Part shown: one piece after another, positions 13,584 through 24,660 of the stretch
How the letters are laid out: every line of letters starts with the position of its first letter
Position numbering within the stretch: position 1 is the stretch's first letter
DNA from: Takakia lepidozioides
Taxonomy: Eukaryota > Plantae > Bryophyta
DNA length: 64,000 nucleotides
Direction of reading: 5' to 3'
NCBI GenBank assembly: GCA_030704615.1
Contig: CM060731.1
Span: 18,600,001-18,664,000 of the forward strand
Program-made: the position numbers and the translations under genes
Notes under the pieces: generated by a model
What the model saw: the letters and a program-made list of their open reading frames with translations, nothing else
What the model was told of the DNA's origin: nothing
Databases searched by the model: none

Positions 13584-14482
13584 TGGGGACATCAACCTTG
13601 GAGCGTGGGGGAGGAAATGCATGCTTAGCCCGGTTTAGCTAGCTCAGGAATCCGATTGCAAAAACTTGTATTGTACAAAAATTTGTTATAAAGGAAATGG
13701 GTTCCAAATGTTGTGCGTCCTATTGTGTTTGGAATGGTGATGCATGGTGTGGTTGGCTAGTGTGTAAAATACATGCTAGCTTACAAAAGTGGGAGAGGTA
13801 AATTGGGTTAATCGTGTGTTTGCGCAGTGCCGAAATCGGGTGACCCCCATCCAAGGGGCAAGGAAACTTGCGCCTTTTGGGAGTTCACGTGCTAGTGCGC
13901 ACCTGGCGCGTGCGCGTACTATAACTGCGCTACCGAGGGGGTTGCCTTGTAGTGCGGGCTAACGCGGAAGCTACGTGCTTCCGTTCACGTACTATAATCG
14001 TGTAGCCTCGGGACGAAGTCGTAGTGCGGCTTCGGCGTGTTCCCGTACCTCAGGCCAGCATTCCAAGGCGGACCCAATTGTAGTGATTGGGGCGCACGGT
14101 TGATTCAAGGTTATCTTCCTAGTCAAAGAGGGTTCCAGGGAACCCTTGCTCAAGGTGATGCCAAAAGCGGCATCATGAGCGGTCGCAAGCAATGTTGTTG
14201 CAGTAAGGCGATTCGATCTTCAGGGAGGATCGTTCCTTGGCCTTAAAGTAGGCCAAGAAGAGTGCACTGGGAGGAGCTGGAGAGGCTCCACCCTTGGCCG
14301 GGACTTGGAGGAAGTCGGACGAAATAGCTAGTGGAGAGTAGAGTCAAGTGTGGGGTTTGGTTCTTTGCCATGGGACGCCATGGTACGGAAACAAACCTTG
14401 ATGTGGGACGCCACAACTTGGATGTTTGTTTCTACAAAATGGACAAGTCGATGAGGACATCGACTCCCTTGGTAGGGGTGTG

Positions 14483-15204
14483 TGTCGCGGCCCTTTGCCT
14501 TGAGGGCAGGGAGGTCGGGACACAAGAGGGGCTGCCCCTGTGGTGGGGGCAGTAGCAGCGATAGGTACGAGGGCTGAAGCACCCTTGAGTGCCCAAGGCA
14601 CTCAAGGAGGCAGAGGCGCTCACTAGGTGGAGCCCCGCACACCGGGTTGCGGTGGGGGTGGCTCCACAAGGGGTGGTGGTAGCTTAGCGGGACTTAGGGG
14701 GGTGGCATAGGACTCACCATGGGGTGGAGACCTCGAGGTGGGAGTCGTGGGGAGTCTTGGGACTCATCACGGTCCATTGGGGCCGCGGTGAGTGGGCCAA
14801 GACTCACCGCGACTCACCACCGGGAATCGAGGGTCTTCGTGGTGGTTCGCCATAAAATGGCATGGCTGGTTGTGAAACCCCGCGGACAGCTACAGAAGTA
14901 TATAGGGAGTAGTAACCCCGAGAACGGTGCAAGCCCGTTGGTGACCAAAAACTAGTGAGTAAGCGAACGAGCCGGAAAGCGACCAAAGAGTGGGGAGCTG
15001 TTCCGGACTGCCATCTACCAAAGGGAATTCTCCTAGTCCCAATTAGGTGGAGGGTTTAGTGGGAAGCGAAGGGGGGACCGTTATGTCCCGGTGAGCAGCC
15101 GAAGCTCCAAGTTGGCCCGGGTGGCCAGGTTGGGAGTCAGGCGCGCGCATCAAAGCGAGTAACTATGACTTGAAGGGGAGCTTACCGAAGTGAGGTGCGC
15201 GACA
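14483..15204 (+). repeat. 3' LTR of inner forward chromovirus copy
   Basis: TGTCGCGG...CGCGACA preceded by GGTAGGGG and followed directly by integrase core sequence, not a PBS. Confidence 0.92.
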
Positions 15205-16085
15205 CATTGTCTCGGACCGCGATCCAAAGTTTACGAGTAAATTTTGGAGGGCACTTTGGAAGAAGATGGGGACGAGGCTGAAGATGAGCACCGCCTTCCG
15301 ACCTACGATCGACGGCCAAACGGAAAGAGTGAATTCCGTAGTGAAGCAGATCTTGCGGAATTACGTGTCGGCAGACCAAACAGACTGGGTGGAACACTTA
15401 GACGCGACAGAGTTCTGTTATAATAAACAAAAACACTCCGCAACGGGAGTTTCCCCTTTCGTATTGGTCTATGGAAAAGCACCTCTGGTGCCGACAAGTT
15501 GGGCCGCCCAGGACGTTAAGGAACCGGCAGTAGCGGCAGTACTGGAAGAACGCGAGCGTTTGTTGAAGCTCGCAAAGTACAACATTGCCAAAGCCAGGAA
15601 ACGGTATGAAAGGCAGGCGAATCGGAAGCGGAGGGAAGTGAAGTTTGAGGCAGGCACAGAGGTCTGGTTGAACATCAAGAATTTCCGACTACCTCCGGAA
15701 GTGAGTCCAAAGTTGGTACCTCCGTATGCGGGACCCTTTCGCATCGGAAGGTTATGAATGAGGATGTGTATGAATTGGAGCTGCCGGCAAACAGCAAGGT
15801 GCATCCTGTATTCCACGTCTCTCTTTTGAAGATGAAGTGCGTCCGAATCGGCATCAAGTGTTGCGTCCGCCACCTGTGTTGTTGGATCATGAAAATGAAC
15901 CTGAGTACGAGGTGGAGGCAGTAGTTAAGTTGAGGAGGTTCAAGAACCGAGAAACGGAGTATCTCGTCAAATGGAAGGGCTATCATCATGTGGAGGCATC
16001 TTGGGTGCGTGCCTCAGAAATGGGAAACGCATCCGAGGCGGTTGCAGTTTTCGAAGGGCGACCTCAAAAGCGAAAGAAGCGTTGA
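15205..16085 (+). pseudogene. Remainder of the outer copy integrase plus chromodomain
   Basis: Resumes at IVSDRDPKF. GPF motif and chromodomain present, with frameshifts. Confidence 0.9.
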
Positions 16086-16889
16086 TGGGGACATCAACCT
16101 TGGAGAATGGGGGAGGAAATGCATGCTTAGCCCGGCTTAGCTAGCTTAGGAATCCGATTGCAAAAACTTGTATTGTACAAAAATTTGTTATAAAGGAAAT
16201 GGGTTCCAAATGTTGTGCGTCCTATTTTGTTTGGAATGGTGATGCATGGTGTGGTTGGCTAGTGTGTAGAATGCATGCTAGCTTACAAAAGTGGGAGAGG
16301 TAAATTGGGTTAATCGTGTGTTTGCGCAGTGCCGAAATCGGGTGACTCCCATCCAAGGGGCAAGGAAACTTGCGCCTTCTTTAGGAGTTCACGTGCTAGT
16401 GCGCATCTGGCGCGTGCGCATACTATAACTGCGCTACCGAGGGGGTTGCTTTGTAGTGTGGGCTAAAGCGGAAGCTACGTGCTTCCGTTCACGTACTATA
16501 ATCGTGTAGCCTCGGGACGAAGTCGTAGTGCGGCTTCGGCGTGTTCCCGTACCTCAGGCCAGCATTCCAAGGCGGACCCAATTGTAGTGATTGGGGCGCG
16601 CGGTTGGTTCAAGGTTATCTTCCTAGTCAAAGAGGGTTTGAGGTGAACCCTTGCTCAAGGTGGTGCCAAAAGCGGCGGCATCATGAGCGGTCGCAAGCAA
16701 TGTTGTTGCAGTAAGGCGATTCGATCCTCGGGGAGGATCGTTCCTTGGCCTTGAAGTAGGCCAAGAAGAGTGCACTGGGAGGAGCTTGAGAGGCTCCACC
16801 TTTGGCCAGGACTTGGAGAAAGTCGGCCGAACTAGCTAGTGGAGAGTAGAGTCAAGTGTTGGGTTTGGTTCCCTGTTGGTAGGGGTGTG

Positions 16890-17615
16890 TGTCGCAACCC
16901 TTTGCCTTGAGGGCAGGGGAGCGGGACACAAGAGGGGCTGCCCCTGTGGTGGGGGCAGTGGCAGCGATAGGTATGGGGGGCCGAAGCACCCTTGAGTGCC
17001 CAAGGCAATCAGGGAGGCAGAGGCGCTCGCTAGGTGGAGCCCCGCACACCGGGTTGCGGTGGGGGTGGCTCCACAAGGGGTGGTGGTAGCTTAGCGGGAC
17101 TTAGTGGGGGTGGCATAGGACTCACCCTGGGGCGGAGACCTCGTGGTGGGAGTCGTGGGGAGTCTTGGGACTCATCACGATCCATAGGGGCCGTGGTGGG
17201 TGGGCCAAGACTCACCGCGACTCATCACCGGGAGTCGAGGGTGTTCGTGGTGGTTCGCCATAAAATGGCATGGTTGTTTGTGAAACCCCCGCGGACAGCT
17301 ACAGAAGTATATATAGGGAGTAGTAACCCCGAGAACGGTGCAAGCCCGTTGGTGACCAAAAGCTAGTGAGTAAGCGAGCGAGCCGAAAAGCGACCAAAGA
17401 GTGGGGAGCTGTTCCGGACTGCCAACTACCAAAGGGAATTCCGCTGGTTCTAAATCGTTGGAGGGTTCTTTGGGAGATCAAGGGGGGGACCATTATGTCC
17501 CGGTGAGCAGCCGAAGCTCCAAGTTGGCCCGGCGGCCAGGTTGGGAGTTAGGCGCGCGCATCAAGCGAGTAACTATGACTTGAGGGGGGAGCTTACCGAA
17601 GTGAGGTGCGCGACA
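16890..17615 (+). repeat. 3' LTR of outer chromovirus copy
   Basis: Shares the CCGCTGGTT...GGGAGATCAA variant with the 5' LTR. Followed by the CATAG duplication. Confidence 0.93.
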
Positions 17616-18029
17616 CATAGAGTCATTCTATAAAAACTGAGAATATACAATATCACTCATAGAGTGGTTATGTGAGTGGATGACGTCTCTCAGCAGGTCA
17701 TTGGAATGATTACCTACAGAGTGGTGTATAAGCTATTTGAGTCATTCATGGTGTCTCTCTGAGTGGGAACTATGGATTGGAGTCATTACTAACAGAGTGG
17801 TGTGTAAGTGATTAGGAATACCACTGGAGGAATTCATACCACTAGTACAGTAATATATATGTGACTACTTATACCACTATACAAGTGGTAATGTAGGCAA
17901 TTGTGTGCATTTGGCTACTCCCACAGTTTTAAATTATACCACTATTACAGTGATGTGCAAGTGATTATGAACATGACTAGAGGAACACGTACCACTATTG
18001 TAGTGAAAGAAGTACCATTGGGGATTCAA

Positions 18030-18535
18030 GCTCCACAAAATAAAATAAAATCCCAGAGAGTAAGTGTTGGAACACTGTCAACAAAATCCAGCCATGATAA
18101 AAGTCTAAGCCTAACTTCTACACGGCGTCTCCGCATGCATGCTAGGAACACTGAACTGCTTTCCTGCCTTCTTCTCATTGCCAGCAATGTCTATGCCCGG
18201 GCGAACGAAATTGTAAGCCCTCTTCATGTTCTTCTCTGGCCAGGGCTACCAGGCTCACATTTGATGTAGATGTACACCAGGGGAATGTTCATAGTGACAT
18301 CTGGTACAATTCCAGCTTTGATAATGTCACCATGAACCTCTTTGCCCCTTCCCAGGGCTGCTAGGCTCCCATATGCATATTACAAACACAAATGAACATG
18401 ACCTGGTCTTGCTTCATCCCATCCCATCCCACATCATTTGCTCCTAGGTTTCCAAAGCCTTAATCCCATACCCATGCTGCATATACCTTGCAATCATGGC
18501 ACTCCAAAAGACCACATCTCGTTCAGCCACCTCTC
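18030..18535 (-). pseudogene. PLS-class pentatricopeptide-repeat (PPR) gene fragment
   Basis: ERDVVFWSAMIARYMQHGYGIKALET*EQM and AYGSLAALGRGKEVHGDIIKAGIVPDVTMNIPLVYIYIKC match P and L/S PPR motifs. Stops and frameshifts present. Confidence 0.8.
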
Positions 18536-18559
18536 TTGATCCACTTTCAGAAGCTATGG

Positions 18560-19855
18560 TCATGGTTGAGGTGCCTGATTTTATCAACTGTGCCGCTGCA
18601 GCTGCTACTTTTAGTTGACCATCTACCCATGCAGCAGGTTTCTTGTAGCTATTGATCCACATGGAATCATAGGTAATCTGGAGCTTGAAGTCCTGCCCTC
18701 TTGGATGAATCTGGACCCAGACTCTATCCCTGCTCCTTCAGCTATACATGCCGCTGCACAAATCATGCATACAGCCTTGCCTTGCTGCTAGCACCTGACA
18801 ATGACAACCTAGATTTGTTCTAGGGAACACCCAACTTAACTTATCACTATGGTCAATTGCATCTGCTACTCTCTATAATCCAACAGGCATTCACCTTTTT
18901 GCCTCGATTGTCCCACCATTGACTGGGGTCAGAAAAGTATTCATTCCACAGCTTCTCCTCGTCTCAGCTGTTACCTGTTTAGAACTGGATACTTCCATGT
19001 TATCACATTGGCAGTACCATGTCAAAGTCACTCCAAACTATCAAAGGTTCACTCAACCAACTAACTTGCAAAATTCAACATGAAATTTAGGGCCAATTCT
19101 GATAAGAGGGAAAAACAGGATGAAAATGTGTTGAAGAAGGTGCCTTCATTAGCAATGCCTGATTTTATCAATTGTGCCGCTGTTGTTGCGGCTTCCAGTT
19201 GACCATCTACCCATGCAGGTTTCTTGCAGCTATTGATCCACAGGGAATTATAGGTAGTCGTGAGCTTGAAGTCCCGCCCTCTTGGACAAATCTGGACCGG
19301 CCAGACTCTACCCCTGCTCCCTCAGCTATCCAAGCTCTGCACAAATCATGCATATATCCTTCCCTTGCTGCTAGCGGCTGACAATGACAGCCTACAATTG
19401 TTCCAGCAAACACCCAACCCTACTTATCACCCATGCAGAATTCAACATGCATCTCAGGGCCAAGTCTGATGAGAGGGAAAAACAGGCTGAAACATGCCCT
19501 CACCGCATTGTCCTTGACCCATGGAGGATTTGACCGACCATCAACCCAAAATGACCTCTTGTGCGTGTTGTTTGTCTGTAGTCAGGTAATGTCGGAATGG
19601 TCTGTGAGAACCACCACGACCAGCTGAGCAGGGAGAGATTGAAACACGGCTTGCTAAGACCTGCAAGCTGACTCTCCCAATAACCTTGTAAACATTAGGA
19701 AGAATACCAAATCATGGTACTCACAGGTACAAAGAGCCCACCTTTGCAGGATGGACGAACTTCTTCACATTGTACATTAAGAAAAGCTACACCTGGTGAT
19801 TGCGGTTGTCCCACCATCGTGAAGGATCGGTATAAAACTCATGCAACCTCACATC
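18560..19855 (-). pseudogene. Two intron-split OSB-type PDF motifs (organellar ssDNA-binding protein family)
   Basis: Exon pairs LHEFYTDPSRWWDNRNHQ (~19795-19850) with ICPRGRDFKLTTTYNSLWINSCKKPAWVDGQL (~19190-19291), and KLWNEYFSDPSQWWDNRGKK (~18895-18955) with IHPRGQDFKLQITYDSMWINSYKKPAAWVDGQL (~18612-18711). Both match the WWDNR...PDFK...LW...P.WV consensus. GT/AG borders visible. Confidence 0.75.
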
Positions 19856-19944
19856 ACAAATGAGCTAACTTGCAGAATTCTACATGAAAATTTAGGGACT
19901 ACTCTGGTAACATGGTAAAACAAGGTGAAATGTGTTGAAGAATA

Positions 19945-20085
19945 CACCTTCATGCCGCACGTTCAGCCATCTCCACATTGCCATGGATTCTGCAGGCACC
20001 AAGCAAGGCGACCTCTTTCCCCTTTTCCAAAGCTGCCAGGCAGTGTTCAGAATGACATTAGGTACAATTCCAGCTTTGAACAAGG
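19945..20085 (-). pseudogene. PPR fragment including start of the E domain
   Basis: KAGIVPNV then ALLGACRIHGNVEMAERAA in an adjacent frame. Confidence 0.7.
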
Positions 20086-20093
20086 CACGGCTT

Positions 20094-20640
20094 GCTAAGA
20101 CTAAGCTGACTCTCTCTCATGCACCAACGAACTAACTTACAGATTTCAATATGCATATCAGGCCCGAGTCTGAAAAGAGGGCAAAACAGGCTAAAATAGG
20201 TTGAAGAAGAAGGTGCCCTCACAGCCTGCTAAGACCAACTTGACTCTCTCTCTAGCACCAACCAGCTAACTTACAGAATTCAATATGCATATCAGGCCCA
20301 AATCTGATAAGAGGGCAAAACAGGCTGAAATAGGTTGAAGAAGAAGGTGCCCTCACGGCCTGCTAAGACCAACCTGACTCTCTCTCTTGCACCAATGAGC
20401 TAACTTAACATAATTCAATATGCATATTAGGCCTGAGTTTGATAAGAGGGCAAAACAGGCTGAAATAGGTTGAAGAAGAAGGTGCCCTCACGGCCTGCTA
20501 AGACCAAGCTGACTCTCTCTCTCTTGCACCAACGAGCTAACTTACAAAATTCAATATGCATATCAGGCCCGAGTCTGATAAGAGGGCAAAACAGGCTGAA
20601 ATAGGTTGAATCAGGAAATGAATCAGCAGGCTGCTAAGAC
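20094..20640. repeat. Tandem repeat, ~135-bp unit, 4 copies
   Basis: GCTAAGAC anchors at 20094, 20228, 20362, 20497 and 20633. Degenerate copies near 19060, 19430 and 19860. Confidence 0.9.
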
Positions 20641-20762
20641 CAAGCTGATTCTCCCAAGAACCTTGTAAACATCAGGAAGAATATTGTACTAACAAGAGCC
20701 AAAAGCCCACATTTGCAGGATGGACAAACTTCTTCACATCCTACATTAAGGAAAAGCCACAC

Positions 20763-21920
20763 TGTAGTGTGAAAAAGAAGGGGCATGAAACCCTTCTGGT
20801 AAACTATAGTTAACTGTTCTTGAGCAGTGATCCATGGCCCTGCCCTATGACATCAACCTACTTGCTCTTTCTAAAATGACTCAGACCCTACTTAATTCAT
20901 TCTAAATCTATTTATGACCAGAGACTTTATACCCTTATCCACGCCGCAACGGAAGAGAAGACATGGACAGGGCTGAGGTTATCTAAATTGTTATTGGGTC
21001 TCTTTAGTGAACAGATCATCATATATGCCAAGGTTCTTCTTCCCTACAGATGTCATCATTGGAAAATCACAGGGTGTACATTCTAATCCTTATACAAATT
21101 CAGATCCTATCCACAATGTAAACATATCAGAAATACCCCACTGGCCCATACTTGGACTAGGTAAGTGATGCAGAAATATGTGTGCCACTTACTCTACTGT
21201 AAACCAGAATGCAAAGGCCCTAGTTTCTACACATGAGCTCTCATTTTCCTTCTTTATTAATACTACAGCTATCTAAGAAACAGATCCCCTTTGGCATGAC
21301 ATTGCTACCCCTTCATATCCTGCCCATGGATTGTACACTGATGTATGGTGTTTTGACATCATTCACATCTACTTAAATGAAAATGCAAAACCCTAGCTTC
21401 TCTATTTCAGATTTCTCTTCTCTTTCCCTTTGCATGACGAGGGCATGATATCACAGAGCCCCCACTTTTATTAACTCCTCCTTAAAACTGCATTTTAACT
21501 ATTTGAAAGACCCTTATGCCCCACTGATTGTAGATCTCAGTCTATGAATGTTCCTAAGTTGATTGATACAAGCAGTCGGGAACAAATGCATGCCACCTGA
21601 TATCTTCTTTCAGAAAAGCTACAGCCTACCCCCATAGTAGGTACATTGCCCTCTTCATATGTCATTGGCATTCTTCCCCACTATCCTTCATTTGTGTCAT
21701 CTTTCCAACTAAGTTCAGCAGATGTTCAACAATCCTTTCACCATCTCTTCACACAAGACATCCCCTACTTTAATGATTGTACCACTGGCATGAGCAACAT
21801 CTAAAGCGTACACAGCAACACTTCACCAGTAGAGACACCCCATCTAGCACCAGCAACACTTCACCAGTAGAGCTCCTACTGTAATTCAAAATGTTGTTCC
21901 TTCTCCCATGAGTATCAAAC
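20763..21920 (-). mobile_element. Truncated LTR fragment related to element D
   Basis: Begins TGTAGTGTGAAAAAGAAGGGGC and has ATCCACGCCGCA...GAAGAGAAGACATGGA, as at 42389 and 42557. Interrupts a repeat unit. Right end approximate. Confidence 0.55.
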
Positions 21921-21923
21921 CCC

Positions 21924-22265
21924 GCGATCGCGGTTGTCCCACCATCGTGCATGCCTTCATGCCCCGATTCTAGGGCTTGAGTCCCTGTCTGCCCCCTATC
22001 CCACCAGCTCCACTCGTCATTGTACATTGACAAAAGCCACACCTTGCGATCGCGGTTGTCCCATCATCGTGCACGCCTTCATGCCCCGATTCTAGGTCTT
22101 GAGTCCCTCTCTCCCCCTATCCCACCAGCTTCGCTCGTCATTGTACATTGAGAAAAAGCCACACCTTGCAATCGCGGTTGTCCCACCATTGTGCACATCT
22201 TCATGCCCCGATTCTAGGTCTTGAGTCCATGTCTGTCCCTATCCCACTAGCTCCGCTCGTCATCT
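21924..22265. repeat. Tandem repeat, 122-bp unit, ~2.8 copies, derived from a WWDNR exon/intron border
   Basis: GC(G/A)ATCGCGGTTGTCCCA at 21924, 22046 and 22168. Homologous to 19770-19822. Confidence 0.85.
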
Positions 22266-22439
22266 CTCATGATCAGACTCGACACTATAAGAAAACAAAC
22301 ATAGCTCTGTCATGTTTGTCTTTCACGATCAAACTCGACACAAAGAAAACAAACAGATGCCACAATGGCAGGGAAGACAAAAAAAACGCTAAGTCCCCTC
22401 ACTCATGACTGGATGGATGAATGTAGCGATAGATGGATT

Positions 22440-23347
22440 GATTTTTGGGTTTTCCATCAACACACAAACCACTAAAGTTTTTCACCACAGAAGTAATACC
22501 AATCGCTGGTGTGTATGTAATCACTAACGCGTAACCACTAGCCGAGTGGTTCCAGTTACTAAATGGTCTATAACCACTCACTCTACACCACTCTCAAAGT
22601 GGTACCAATCAATGGGGGTCTTTATCCACTCCAGATCTACGTATACTGTCCCCGTCCACGTGGAATAATATAGTTCATAATTAAATATATTTTGAAATGA
22701 TAAATCTTAAATAAAAATTGAATTATTACACGTGGAGCAGCAAGTGGTTTCAATCACCTCCCATCACTCAGGTATCTTCAACCACTCACAACCCACCACA
22801 GAAGTAGTACCAATCACTCACGTGTATGTAACCACTCACAAGTGCCCACTTGAAGAGTAGTTCCAGTTATAAAAGGGTCTTAACCACTCACATTCCACCA
22901 CTGTGCAAGTGGTACCAATCACTGGGGGGTCTTTAACCACTCCAGATCTACGTATACTAACCTCGTCCACGTGGAATAATATATTTTGAAATGATAAAAA
23001 TCTTAAAGAAAAATTACACGTGGAGTAGAAAGTGGTTTCAACCACTTCCCATCACTGAGGTGTCTTTAACCACTCATAATTTATCACTGTACCCGTTCAT
23101 GTCGGATATTATCATTATTAATATAAATATTTGACCAAATGTCGAATAATAAATATAAAATTAAATATTACACGTGGATTACTCAGTGGTTGAAACCACT
23201 TCCAACCACTCCATATGATGCCACCGTGGCATTTCATCGGAATTAACCACTGACCAGTGGTTACCATTACTTGGAGTGATTTATAGAGTGATAAAAGACA
23301 AGAGTGGTTAAGGGGGCCAGTGGTGATTCCGTGTTTTTCTTCTAATG
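22440..23347. repeat. Right subterminal repeats of CACTA 2, with a ~310-bp direct duplication
   Basis: ACCACT motifs. 22484-22795 is repeated at 22795-23080. Confidence 0.8.
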
Positions 23348-23350
23348 AGT

Positions 23351-23870
23351 CATCCTCATCCTCATCCTCAGTGGAGGACTCAGAGCTATCCGATGAGCCT
23401 GATGACTCCGCGCCCTTTGCCAGAGCACCTGAATGAGGCGGAGTTCCCCTAAGTCCCACAGAGGTCTCATCCAATCCCTGGCCATGACCCCCGACCTCAT
23501 CCATACTAGTGCCCTGTAGTGCACTCATCCCCTCCGTGTTGGCCATGTTCTTCATGAGGGATTGTCAACCATGCTCCTTGGCGTAGTTGTACTCTACCGG
23601 AGATGGCTTCCTCTCAAACGCGCGTTGCTACTCATGCCACAAATTAAAGTCAGTTCTTCGCGATGATGGAGCCAGAAAGAAGACATAACAAAATCCATAG
23701 GGAAGTACGACTTACAAATCGCAAGATAAAACCCTTGGATCCGTCGGTGCCCCACTTGTGTGTGGATTCGTGCTTGTCAATGCGGACTGTTGTTGCTTCG
23801 CGTGCCCGGTCAAATTTGGCCTTGTTTGCGGCATCAGTCTCTCCCGCAATGAGTGCATCCCACGATACCT
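23351..23870 (-). pseudogene. 3' exons of a TnpA-like (Ptta/En/Spm-type) gene of CACTA 1
   Basis: WDALIAGETDAANKAKFDRAREA...H.W...GFILRF, GTAAGT donor near 23714, then FERKPSPVEY... and an acidic tail EDEDEDD. The stop codon is restored if CACTA 2 is removed. Confidence 0.5.
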
Positions 23871-24059
23871 ATGCACCCCCCCCTAACAATTAGTGATTTA
23901 CACACATACGTTGCATCGACCCCGCATGCACACTCACCCCTTTCTCTCCATGCCTGATCTCTCCCTCCTTTTTTTTTTTTTTTTTTTTTTTCGCTGCTCA
24001 CAAAAATAAACAAACCACAATGGAGAGAGGGTGCAGAAAAAAGTTAAAAAGATTGTACT

Positions 24060-24660
24060 CATAAGACGTTGTTTGCCGTAGCCTTGTGGCCATTACCCTG
24101 CGCCCAGTTTGAGCAGAAACAAAAGGGACAGAACTTGCCTCTGTCAGGGGCTGACGTTGGTAGTAAGACTTATCTTCATATATAGAATTAATCTGGGTTT
24201 TCCAGATATCCTCTAGAAATCCCTTCACACAAGCATCAATCTGCTGTGTGTGATTTGCCCAATAACTAGGCCTCAGGAGGGCCTGGGCTTTTGGCTCAGC
24301 CTTGAGACTTCCCAAGTTGGTAAACAGAGGTACATGCACAATTCCCTTGATAGATTTGAAGAGAGCGTCTCTTTGGTGTGAGAACCCCGGACAGTGTATC
24401 AGAAAATGAGTATTGTCTTCAGATTGCCCACACAACGGGCAATTGCACTCTCCATTTCCTCTCTGCTTCTGTTTGCTGTTCAAAGGTAGGCTTCCTACCC
24501 TGAGTTTAAATTTCAGTCTAGTGCCGAGAGTGGGTAGACCCTTGAGGTCATCCAAGATGTCCTCCCCTATGTCACTGACTGGAAACAAGTTCAGGGAAGT
24601 TTTTTGCCTAACTTCATTTTCATCAGAACATCTCATGCAACAGACATGGCTTAGGACACT
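24060..24660 (-). mobile_element. Non-LTR retrotransposon (LINE) ORF2 3' fragment with CCHC zinc finger
   Basis: KLRVGSLPL...CPLCGQSEDNTHFLIHC. No RT core. A T23 tract at 23969-23991 could be a poly(A) tail. Confidence 0.75.

Larger units (their letters stand above)
4917..17615 (+). mobile_element. Ty3/gypsy chromovirus complex (Galadriel-like): outer copy with a nested rearranged same-family insert
   Basis: TGTCGC...CGCGACA ends, 5-bp duplication CATAG (4912-4916, 17616-17620), iMet PBS, gag-PR-RT-RH-INT-chromodomain order. RT/RH motifs [20 protein letters not shown] and HTDASDFVIGGVLMQDG resemble the Galadriel clade. Confidence 0.92.
4423..23347. mobile_element. CACTA element 2, complete, non-autonomous, carrying gene fragments (Pack-type)
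   Basis: TIRs CACTAGAAGAAAAACGCGGAATAACCAC (4423-4450) and GTGGTGATTCCGTGTTTTTCTTCTAATG (23320-23347). 3-bp duplication AGT at 4420-4422 and 23348-23350. ACCACT/AGTGGT subterminal repeats at both ends. No transposase seen. Confidence 0.88.

Noticed and set aside
20094-22265. Regular repeats as a CRISPR array
   Set aside because: Units are contiguous 122-135-bp tandem copies with no unique spacers or cas genes, in a eukaryotic context.
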